Source: Thermoanaerobaculia bacterium
GTDB taxonomy: Bacteria > Acidobacteriota > Thermoanaerobaculia > Gp7-AA8
Reading direction: 5' to 3'
DNA: 64,000 nucleotides
Assembly (NCBI GenBank): GCA_038230535.1
Contig: JBBRNB010000015.1
Span: 3,992 to 67,991, forward strand
Below the pieces are notes generated by a model, which saw only the letters and a list, made by a program, of their open reading frames with translations, did no database searches and had not been told where the DNA came from. The position numbers were made by a program, and so were the translations under genes. Position 1 is the stretch's first letter. The number at the start of each line of letters is the position of its first letter. This document shows positions 24,491-33,400 of the stretch, in pieces.

Positions 24491-27058
24491 TTGGGTAACG
24501 CCGGAGGTCCGTCCTCACTTCAGGACACAACGCGGTATGCTCCTGCTGGTCCAAAGGAGTCCCGACTGGAGAGAGTTGTGGAACGAGTACGGGCAGATGG
24601 CGCGGCAGAGACGGCGTTGCCTGAAGTAGATCCCGATCTCGACGTGATCGTGGCGGAGGCGTCGCGGCTGGCGTCCGCGCCGGCGTTCATCGGCTTTGTC
24701 GAGGACGGGATCGAGCGCATTGCGGCGTCGAACGGCTGGAACGTGAAGATGCTGCCTCGAGGCTACTCGCTCGCGGCCGTTGTTGCCGGCCAGTCGGACC
24801 CGATGGTGGTGGCGGACGCCAGGAACGACCCGCGTCTGGCGCAACATCCACTCGTGGCCGCTGCTCCGTTTGTCCGGTTCTTCGCCTCAGCCCCGATCGT
24901 CGATGGCGGCGGTACGTTCCTCGGTGCCCTGACGGCCGTCGACCGCAGCCCGCGCCAACCAGCCACGAACCTCCACGAGCTGCTGCGCCTGTTGGCCCTG
25001 CGGGTGACCGACCGCCTGGCGTTGCGCGACAGCGAGACCACGCTGCGCCGGCGCGTGCGCAGTCTCCTGGCGTCACTGGACGAGAGCAACGGCCGTTTCC
25101 GCGATTTCTTCGAACGGACCACCGACCTCATCGCCAGCGTCGACGCCGACGGCCGGCTGTTACACGCGAACGAGGCGTTCATCAGCACGCTGGCGCTGAC
25201 GCGCGAGGAGGTGGCCGGCCAGCCGATCACGCGGGTGATCGAAGCCGTGGCGCAAGATGCCTTCCGTCTTGCGTTCCGCGAGGTGATCGCCACGGCCCGG
25301 CCGCAATCGATCGAAACTGTCCTGGTGACCGCCGGAGGGCGGCTGGTCAACGTCGAGGGAACATTTCACCCGAAGGTGATCGACGGCCGGGCTGTACTGG
25401 CCCGGGTAATGCTCCACGACATCAGCGAACGGAAGGCTTTCGAGGCGGAGCTGGGCTACGCACGCGACGCCGCGCTCGAGGCGGCACGCCTCAAGACCCA
25501 GTTCCTCACCAACGTCAGTCACGAGATCCGGACGCCGATGAACGGCATCGTCGGTATGATCGACCTTCTGCTGGCGTCGGCGCTCAACGAGGAGCAGAGC
25601 GACTTCGCGCATCAGGCTCGTGCCAGCGCTGGCCAACTGCTCTCCATCGTCAACAACGTCCTTTACGTCTCGAACGTGCAGTCCGGCGGTCTGGCCGCGG
25701 CAAACGTGGACTTCGATCTCTACCGTCTCTCGCACCGAATCGTCGAGGTGATGAAGGTCGCCGCGCTTGGCAAGGAGGTGGAGGTCAGCCTCGACTGGGA
25801 TCACCGCCTTCCCGTGCTCTTCCGCGGCAATCAGTCCAAGCTGAGACAGGTCATTTCGAACCTGATGGAGAACGCCATCAAGTTCACGGAGCAGGGGAAG
25901 ATCGTGCTGCGCGTCAAGCGGCAGATGGAGACGGACTCGCACATCGTGGTCCGCATCGAAGTGAGCGACACGGGCATCGGCATCTCCGCCGAGGACCGGC
26001 TGCTGCTGTTCGAGAAATTCTCGCAGCTCGAGGCGACGCAGACCCGCCGCTTCCAGGGAGTGGGGCTTGGACTGGCCACGGCGCGCCATCTCGTCGAGAC
26101 CATGGGTGGGCTGATCGACGTCGAGAGCTCGCCCGGTGTGGGCTCGACCTTTTGGTTGACGATCACCTTTCCCAGGCCCAGTGACGGGCAGGCGCCGATC
26201 GCGTCGGCGGAGCTGTCGTTCAGCGGTCAGCGCGTGCTGCTCATCGACCGAAACTCCACCAGCCGGCGCATGGTGCGGCACTACCTGGAGACGACGTCGG
26301 AGATGCGCGTCGACAGTTGCGACAGCGGGACCGAGGCGCTGACGATGATGCGCGCCGCAGCCTCCGCAGGCGACCCGTATCGCGTCGCGCTCTTCGACCG
26401 GATGTCCGACTTCGACGAGCACGCCTTCGCCCGCGCTGTGCGTGCCGATGCGGCCATCGCCCGGACCGGTCTGGTTTTCCTCGCCGTCGCCGGCAAGGCG
26501 CTCAACGAAGAGACGATGCGAGAGGCGGGCATTCAGTCGTACGCGCTGAAACCGGTGGGGCAGGCGGAGCTTTTCGACGCCATCACTATTGCTCTGGCCG
26601 GTGACGCCCTGGGCCACGAACGCTCGGTTCTCGCGCGGACAGTCAGGCGCCACATCCTCCCGCCGCTCCCCGTTCCCGCTGAAAAGCGCGAATCGGTCCG
26701 GCTGCTGCTCGTCGAAGACAACTTCCTCAATCGGAAACTGACGATGTCGCAGCTTCAGAAACTCGGCTATCGCGCCGATTCTGCAAGCAACGGCCGCGAG
26801 GCTCTGGAGGCTCTGGGCGCGGCGGATTACGCGATTGTGGTGATGGACTGCCAGATGCCGGTCATGGACGGCTACGAGGCCACGACGCAGATTCGCCTCC
26901 GCGACGGAGACTCGCGCCACCGCTATGTCATCGCCATGACCGCCAACGCCCTCGATGGCGACCGGGAGAAATGCCTCGGCGCCGGTATGGATGACTACCT
27001 TGCCAAGCCGACCCGCCAGGAGGATCTCGAAATCGCGCTGGCGCGGTATTTTGCGTGA
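24491..27058 (+). CDS. Hybrid sensor histidine kinase (GAF-PAS-HisKA-HATPase-REC-REC)
   Basis: FLTNVSHEIRTPMNGIVG H box, DTGIGI, GVGLGLAT, VVMDCQMPVMDG, DDYLAKP. Start uncertain. Confidence 0.93.
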   Translation: MGNAGGPSSLQDTTRYAPAGPKESRLERVVERVRADGAAETALPEVDPDLDVIVAEASRLASAPAFIGFVEDGIERIAASNGWNVKMLPRGYSLAAVVAGQSDPMVVADARNDPRLAQHPLVAAAPFVRFFASAPIVDGGGTFLGALTAVDRSPRQPATNLHELLRLLALRVTDRLALRDSETTLRRRVRSLLASLDESNGRFRDFFERTTDLIASVDADGRLLHANEAFISTLALTREEVAGQPITRVIEAVAQDAFRLAFREVIATARPQSIETVLVTAGGRLVNVEGTFHPKVIDGRAVLARVMLHDISERKAFEAELGYARDAALEAARLKTQFLTNVSHEIRTPMNGIVGMIDLLLASALNEEQSDFAHQARASAGQLLSIVNNVLYVSNVQSGGLAAANVDFDLYRLSHRIVEVMKVAALGKEVEVSLDWDHRLPVLFRGNQSKLRQVISNLMENAIKFTEQGKIVLRVKRQMETDSHIVVRIEVSDTGIGISAEDRLLLFEKFSQLEATQTRRFQGVGLGLATARHLVETMGGLIDVESSPGVGSTFWLTITFPRPSDGQAPIASAELSFSGQRVLLIDRNSTSRRMVRHYLETTSEMRVDSCDSGTEALTMMRAAASAGDPYRVALFDRMSDFDEHAFARAVRADAAIARTGLVFLAVAGKALNEETMREAGIQSYALKPVGQAELFDAITIALAGDALGHERSVLARTVRRHILPPLPVPAEKRESVRLLLVEDNFLNRKLTMSQLQKLGYRADSASNGREALEALGAADYAIVVMDCQMPVMDGYEATTQIRLRDGDSRHRYVIAMTANALDGDREKCLGAGMDDYLAKPTRQEDLEIALARYFA

Positions 27059-27090
27059 GTGCGCGCTGGGTGCGAACGACAGCCGGGTGA

Positions 27091-27210
27091 CAAGTTGGGG
27101 TTGGGGGTCTCTGGAAAATCAACTCAATTGATTTTCCGGGGTCGTCGAGCCGGTAACTGGACCAAGTGCGTCAAGTTGATTTTCCAGATCCGATGGCAGA
27201 CCCCAACTTG
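27091..27210. repeat. 120-bp element with terminal and internal inverted repeats
   Basis: CAAGTTGGGG (27091) / CCCCAACTTG (27201-27210), plus CTGGAAAATCAACT / AGTTGATTTTTCCAG inside. Confidence 0.65.
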
Positions 27211-27293
27211 CGCCCTCCTTGACAAGCGTCCGCTGCAGGTTGGGGGTAGGGAAATCCTCCAGAAAGCCACTCCTTCAACAAGGAGGATCTTCC

Positions 27294-27749
27294 ATGCGAA
27301 TCAGTGTAAGTGCGGTGGCGGTCACGGTTCTCGCGCTTCTTGCGGTGGTGGTGACGGCGCAGACCGTCCGCCCCGCCGACCCGTATGCGTCGTTTCCGAG
27401 CGGCACATCCTATTGGGCCAACGAGCGCGGCTCCACGATCCGCGTTGACAACGGCGGCGGCGGAAAGCTCTCGGGCAAGTTCACCACCGCAGTGGGATGC
27501 GGGAAGGGGATTGCCAAGCCGCTGGTAGGCTTCTACAACGGCAACAGCGTCGGCTTCGTCGTGGAATTCGGCAAGGACTGTCCCTCGACGACGTCATGGA
27601 ACGGCGCGCTCTGGGCCGGGACGCCGAACCACCTCAAGACGTTGTGGTATCTCACCCTCGGAGGCGTGCCGGCGTGGAATTCGACGAACGCCGGGAGCGA
27701 CAACTTCACGCAGATCGCACCCGCGCAGGCGCCGGCTGAGCTGAAGTAA
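27294..27749 (+). CDS. Secreted avidin/streptavidin-family protein
   Basis: AAGGAGG SD before ATG 27294; signal peptide; WANERGS, GKFTTAVG, STTSWNG, LKTLWYLT and AWNSTNAGSDNFT follow streptavidin WYNQLGS, GTYESAVG, SATTWSG, INTQWLLT and AWKSTLVGHDTFT. Confidence 0.88.
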   Translation: MRISVSAVAVTVLALLAVVVTAQTVRPADPYASFPSGTSYWANERGSTIRVDNGGGGKLSGKFTTAVGCGKGIAKPLVGFYNGNSVGFVVEFGKDCPSTTSWNGALWAGTPNHLKTLWYLTLGGVPAWNSTNAGSDNFTQIAPAQAPAELK

Positions 27750-27789
27750 TTGTGTCTCTGAGTTGCCCCTCGGGGTTTGGCCATCTCCA

Positions 27790-27819
27790 CCCCGCGCGCA
27801 GCAACAGGGGCGCGCGGGG
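27790..27819. terminator. GC-rich hairpin between convergent avidin and glycosyltransferase genes
   Basis: CCCCGCGCGC (27790-27799) / GCGCGCGGGG (27810-27819); no clear poly-T tail. Confidence 0.45.
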
Positions 27820-27870
27820 TTGAATCAGCGGAACGAAGAGAAAGACCGGCCGTCGCCCTCAGACACCACA

Positions 27871-29139
27871 TCAATGCGGCGCCAGCCGCTCCTCGATCAG
27901 CGCGACTGCACGCTTCACGCCGTCTTCCTTCTTCATCGACTCGGCGACTCGGCGGGCTTGCGCTTTCATCGCCGGGGACGTCAGCACGTTGCGGATCTCC
28001 GCGCCGAGGATCTTCGATGTGACCGAGCGCGCGTGGAGAACTTTGGTCGTCAAGCCGGCGCGCTTTAATTGCGCTCCCCAGAAGATCTGGTCGCCGAAAT
28101 GTTCGACGACTATGGACGGACATCCTGCAAGCGATGCCGAATGGCTCGTTCCGGCTCCGCCGTGATGGACGACTAGAGAACAGTACGGGAAGATCTCGTG
28201 ATGGGGAGCCGCGCCGATGCGATGGATGTTTGGGTCTTCCCCGGAATGCGGAATCGCGTCCCATCGTGCCTGAATGATCGCCCGGCAACCGGCGGCTCGG
28301 GCGGCATCGATGAACAACTCCGTTGCCGGCCGCGATTGGGGCATGCTTCCGAACGTCATGAAAACGGGAGGGTCGCCGGCATCGAGGAACCTCCGCAGCT
28401 CTTCAGGCATGACCCACTCCCCTGCCTCTTCCGGAACGGCCAGGAAACCACACACCTGGAGGTGATCGCCCCAGTCCGCCGGCCGATCGAATAGAGTCGG
28501 ACTGGCCGCAATCAGCGTCAGTGCTTTCGATTGCCAGGCATCGGAAAAGACATCGTTCGCGGCCGGATACCCCTCACGAGCTCGGAGCCGGTTGACGTAC
28601 TTCAGGATCATCCTGTTCGTGATTGCTCCGGCCAGTCGCCACCACCCTGGATTCATCCACTTCCCCAGATCGGGGAGCGTGCTGGGAGCCCTGTGACGCG
28701 AAGGAAAAAAGTCCGGGCTCCACACCAGCGTCGCATACGGACGATCTCTGTTCAACGCGGCGAGCTGCAACGGATGGACGATGAAGTACCCGAGAACCGC
28801 GTCGTTCTCGTCACAGAGCCGCCTGGAGACCTCATACATCTCTTCGACTGCGGGCTCGAGCAGGTCGTCGTAAAGACGCGTCACCTGATCGATCTGCTTC
28901 GTCTTGATGATGTCTTGTTTGAGCCGGGACAATCGATCGGCGCCCCACGCTGCGTACGTGTCGTGCGCATGAATGATCTCGAACTTCAGCGACTTCGCAT
29001 ACGGCGTGTAGTCCTTGATATCGACGCTCGTGAGGGCGAGTGTCACCTCGTGACCTCGGGCACTCAAGCCACCGGCCAGTGCGATGAAAGGGCGGATGTC
29101 GCCCTCACTCCCCCATGTTTGCAGACCGATTTTCATCAT
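27871..29139 (-). CDS. GT1-family (GT-B fold) glycosyltransferase
   Basis: MMKIGLQTWGSEGDIRPFIALAGGL, PVFMTFGSM, HHGGAGT, EHFGDQIFWG. The 604-aa ORF-track version has a spurious N-terminal extension antisense to the next gene. Confidence 0.92.
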   Translation of the reverse strand: MMKIGLQTWGSEGDIRPFIALAGGLSARGHEVTLALTSVDIKDYTPYAKSLKFEIIHAHDTYAAWGADRLSRLKQDIIKTKQIDQVTRLYDDLLEPAVEEMYEVSRRLCDENDAVLGYFIVHPLQLAALNRDRPYATLVWSPDFFPSRHRAPSTLPDLGKWMNPGWWRLAGAITNRMILKYVNRLRAREGYPAANDVFSDAWQSKALTLIAASPTLFDRPADWGDHLQVCGFLAVPEEAGEWVMPEELRRFLDAGDPPVFMTFGSMPQSRPATELFIDAARAAGCRAIIQARWDAIPHSGEDPNIHRIGAAPHHEIFPYCSLVVHHGGAGTSHSASLAGCPSIVVEHFGDQIFWGAQLKRAGLTTKVLHARSVTSKILGAEIRNVLTSPAMKAQARRVAESMKKEDGVKRAVALIEERLAPH

Positions 29140-29310
29140 CCCGATCCTATCGGTGGAGAGCCTGCCGCAGACCTGCGGTTGCGTTCGGAGCGTCGTTCCG
29201 ATTCCGGGGGCTGAGCGGTGAATCATAGCGGCAATCCTTCCCGCCGTACGTGCGGATCGTCGGATCTCTGCTACATTCGATGCGATGAAAGTGGCAAGGC
29301 TCGTCTCCGG

Positions 29311-30330
29311 ATGAAGGTCAGGGAAGTCGTCACTCTCGCCAGGAGATGGGTCGACGAGACCGGTTCCGCTCTCCCCGGATTCCGCGGTGCCTACCTCGCC
29401 GGCTCGATCAACGAGATGGGGAAGGACGACTCGTTCCCGTCGTTCAAGGACGTCGACATCTATGTCGTCGTCGAGGACCCGAACCGCATCGCCGTCCCTC
29501 AGGAAAAGTTCCTCTACGAAGGGTTCTTGCTGGAGATCGTGTGCAAGAGCCTGGAGGAACATCGCTCCTCTGAGGCCATCCTCTCCGCCTCCTTTGCCGG
29601 CAGCGTGGCAAGCTGCGAGATTCTCTCCGATCCGACGGGACTCCTGCATGAGCTGCGAACGGCCGTTGTTGAGCAGCTCGCTCACCCGAGGTGGATCGCG
29701 GCACGCTGTGAGGTACAGAAGAAGCTCCTCTCCGATCTGATGGGCCAGATCGAGCTCGCTCCTGAGCCCGTGTTCTTTCTCGGCTTCGCCGTTCTGTTTC
29801 TCGGAGGACTCGTCGCTCTGGCGTCCGGGCGGACGCCCACCGCCCGCAGATGTCTCGCTCTCTCACGGGAACTGTTGGAGGGTCACGAGAGACCAGAGCT
29901 TCATGAGGAGATTCTCGGGTTGCAGGGATGCGCGCACATGGAGCGCGAGCAAGTCGTCAGTCACTTGGAGGACTGCGTGCAAGCCTTCGACAGATCGGTG
30001 GAGGTGCTGCACACCCCCTTTTACACATCCTGGAACCTCGATGCCGGCACACGCCCGTATCTCATTGAAGGCGCCTACGAGATGATCGACGCCGGAGAGC
30101 ATCGTGAGGCGATGTTCTGGATCTCCATGATGCACACCATCGCCAACATGGCCATCCAGAACGATGCGCCGGAAGCCGGGAGAAGCCATTACCAGGCAGG
30201 GATGGACCGGCTCAAAGCGGCGCTCGGCATCGCGTCCGCCGCCGAATGGCGGTCACGCATCGATCTCGCCCGAAAGGTCTCCGGCCGGGTGACTCGCTTC
30301 GCCGATGAAGTGGTGGCGAGGTCTACATAA
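29311..30330 (+). CDS. Pol-beta-superfamily nucleotidyltransferase-like protein with helical C-terminal domain
   Basis: GAYLAGS...KDVDIYVV fits the hG[GS]x9-13DhD motif; third acidic strand LLEIV. Confidence 0.7.
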   Translation: MKVREVVTLARRWVDETGSALPGFRGAYLAGSINEMGKDDSFPSFKDVDIYVVVEDPNRIAVPQEKFLYEGFLLEIVCKSLEEHRSSEAILSASFAGSVASCEILSDPTGLLHELRTAVVEQLAHPRWIAARCEVQKKLLSDLMGQIELAPEPVFFLGFAVLFLGGLVALASGRTPTARRCLALSRELLEGHERPELHEEILGLQGCAHMEREQVVSHLEDCVQAFDRSVEVLHTPFYTSWNLDAGTRPYLIEGAYEMIDAGEHREAMFWISMMHTIANMAIQNDAPEAGRSHYQAGMDRLKAALGIASAAEWRSRIDLARKVSGRVTRFADEVVARST

Positions 30331-30334
30331 AGCA

Positions 30335-30421
30335 AAGGCTTGTCCGCAGATTACGCAGATGAAACAGATTAGAACCAGAATCTAATCTGCTTAATCTGCG
30401 TAATCTGCGGACAAAGCCTTT
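30335..30421. repeat. REP-like long hairpin element, copy 2 (likely bidirectional terminator)
   Basis: AAAGGCTTGTCCGCAGATTACGCAGAT ... ATCTGCGTAATCTGCGGACAAAGCCTTT between the convergent NTase and PKS stops. Confidence 0.85.
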
Positions 30422-30432
30422 CTCAACAGAAA

Positions 30433-33400
30433 TCACATGGACAATGCCTGCCAGTCGATCTTCGTTCCCTTCACCCACAGCTCGGCCAGTTTCGCGCATT
30501 CATTGCTGTTCAGCAGTTGCCGGAGATAGTCCCGGCCTGCCTGCGTGTCGCCGATCTCCAGGTTGCTGGCGCCGGTGACGCTACCGCGATAGACGTTTCG
30601 ATGACTGACCCTCCCTTCGCTTTGGAGGAAGGCGTCCAGATGCCCGGCCCATTCGTCGACCGACCTGGCGATGAAGGCCACCCGCTCCTGCATCTCGGCA
30701 CGGCCTGTCTGCAGCGTATAGGCGAGTCGTTTCAGCGTCGCCGGCGTCCGAGGAAGGGTTCTGAGGAAATCCGGGTACTGTGCGGCGTACTTCAGGAGCG
30801 TCTCTTCATTACGCGCTGAGAGGATCAGCAAATGGGACGTCATCTCCGCGCCGGCGTCGACATCTTCGTCCTCGACCGGGAGCTCCGGGGCTTCCTCCAG
30901 AATGACATGCGCGTTGACGCCGCCGAAACCGAAGCTGCTGACACCCGCCACGCGCTTCTGGCCCGGCGCCACGTCCCAATCACTCGCCGTCTGCGCGATC
31001 ACGAACGGCGTGCCGGACAGGTCGATATAGCGATTGGTCGTGGCACAGTGAAGGCTCCTGGCGATCTTCCTATGCTGCATCTGCAGAACCACCTTGATAA
31101 GGCCGACGATGCCTGCCGCCATCTCCAGATGACCGATGTTGGATTTGATGCTGCCGAGCCAGCAGCGTTGTGCGTCGTCTCTTTCTTCAGGCCGCTCGGC
31201 GGCGACCATCTTCAATCCCTCGATCTCCACCGGATCGCCCAATGCAGTGCCGGTCCCGTGGCACTCGACGTAGCTGATGCGGCTGAATTGCAGACCGGCG
31301 TCCGTGACCGCCTTTCTGATGACCGCCGCCTGTGCCCTCGGATTTGGCGCCGTCAGCGAGTTGGTGCGCCCGCCATGGTTCTCGGCGGTGCCTTTGATCA
31401 CGGCGTGAATGATGTTGCCGTCTTCCAGTGCCGCCCGCAGCGGCTTGAGCAAGATCATGCCGATGCCTTCCCCCCGCGCGTAGCCGTTGGAATCGTCGGA
31501 GAAGGTCTTGCACCTGCCATCGTCACACAACATACCGGCTTTCGTGAAACTGACATACGCGTCCGGGGTGAGGAGGAGGTTCACTCCACCGGCGATCGCC
31601 TGGCCGCAATGCCCGCCGCGGATGGCTTCGACCGCGCGGTGTACGGCCACCAGTGAGCTGCTGCAGGCGGTCTCGATCGGTTCGCTCGGTCCGTGCCAGT
31701 CCATGAGATAGCTGATGCGATTCGGGCCGATCGAAGGGACCGCCCCGGTCGACGAGTACGACTCCACCGGCATGTTGCTGAGCATCGACGTGTAACCACT
31801 GGGGCCGCAACCGACGAAGATCCCGGTGTTCGTTCCCTTGATGGCATCACCGCACCCGGCGTTTTCCAGACACTCCCACACGTGCTGCATCATGAGACGC
31901 TGCTCGGGGGCCATGTACCTAGCTTCAGCCGGCGAAATCCCGAAGAAAAGGGAGTCGAACTCATCGACGCCGTCGATGAAGGAGCCCCACTTCACAGCGT
32001 CCGGCCAGGCCTTCCAATCCCATCGATCCCCCGGGATCTCGGTGATCATGTCCCGTTCATCGACCAACATGCGCCAGAGCTCTTCCGTGTTCCGTGCGCC
32101 GGCCGTTCTGCAGCTCATGCCAATGATCGCGACGTCCTCTTCCCGGTAGACCACGCGTGCCTCATAGTCTCGTCGAAAGTTCAGGGCAAAGCTGCTGATC
32201 TTCTCCGGCTCCCGCTCCGCCTCGACGATCGGCGTTTTCGGCTCTTCGTCTCCGCCCAGGGTGAGCCCTACGGCCATCTGGCGCGGGTAGTTCTTCGCGA
32301 GATAGTGGCTGAAACGCAGCATGTTCGTGGCCTCGAAGAGGGCCGTAGGCAGCAGATCCAGGTTGAACCGTGCATTGAGCTTGTTGACGAAGTCCGAGAG
32401 GATGATCGAGTCGAAGCCGAACTCCGCCCAGTCGGCTTCTTCATCCAGTTGAGCGGGGGGAAGGCGCAGGCTGAGATGCTCCGCCGTCTGAATCTTGATT
32501 TCCTGCAGGGTTTCTCTGACCAGTCTGTCCGTGGCGATGCTGAACGTCTTCTCAGCCTGTGGCCCTCGCGTATTCCCGCTCGCCTTTTCGAGCATCTCAT
32601 TGACGGCTTTTCTGTCGCCCAGAAAGACCATGATCTGCTGCTCGTCGCTGGCGAGGATCCGTTTCAACGCCGTCAGCGCCGATGCGTCGGGGAGCGCTCT
32701 GCTCTTGAAGATTCTCTGCAAGTTCAGCTTCGTCGCCTGATCGATCCGCATACCGCCGCGCTCCCACAGGGGCCAGTCGATACTGATACTCTTCCCGTGG
32801 CGTCGTCCGATCCCGACCTGCAGCGCACGACTGCGGATGTAGGCATCCATGTAGCCATTGGCGGCTGCATAGTCTGCCTGGCCGGCGTTGCCGAGGACGC
32901 CGACGATCGACGACACCGTGAGGAAGTAGTCCAGCTTCAATGCTGCCGTCGCTTCATCAAGACATTCCAGACCTCGGACTTTCGGTGCGAGTACCTGATC
33001 GATCGCATCCGCGGTCTTATCCAGGATCAAACCGTCTTTGATGACGCCGGCGCAGTGAATCACACCGGAGATCTCCGGGTATCGGGCGATGAGAGCGGTC
33101 ACGTCCGCCCGGCTGGTGATGTCGCATTGTGCGTGGACTACGTTCGCGCCGACGCGTTCAATACGCTCGATGACACCCTGTTTTTCGGCATCGAGCTCAC
33201 TTCTGCCAGCGAGAATGAGCGTGCAGCCCCTGCTCGAGCGGACAATATCCTCGGCGATGACCGTCCCTACACCACCCAGACCGCCGGTGATCAGGACGGT
33301 CTTGCCGTCCGGCCAGGCGTACACGGGCACGCCGTTCAGCTCTCTCTCACTGTAGCGGAGCTTGACGTACCTGTCTCCCGCTCTCAGCCTGTAGCCGATC

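Noticed and set aside
29140-29685. N-terminal extension making a 604-aa glycosyltransferase fusion
   Set aside because: It is antisense to the NTase gene, and the GT1 motif begins right at ATG 29139.
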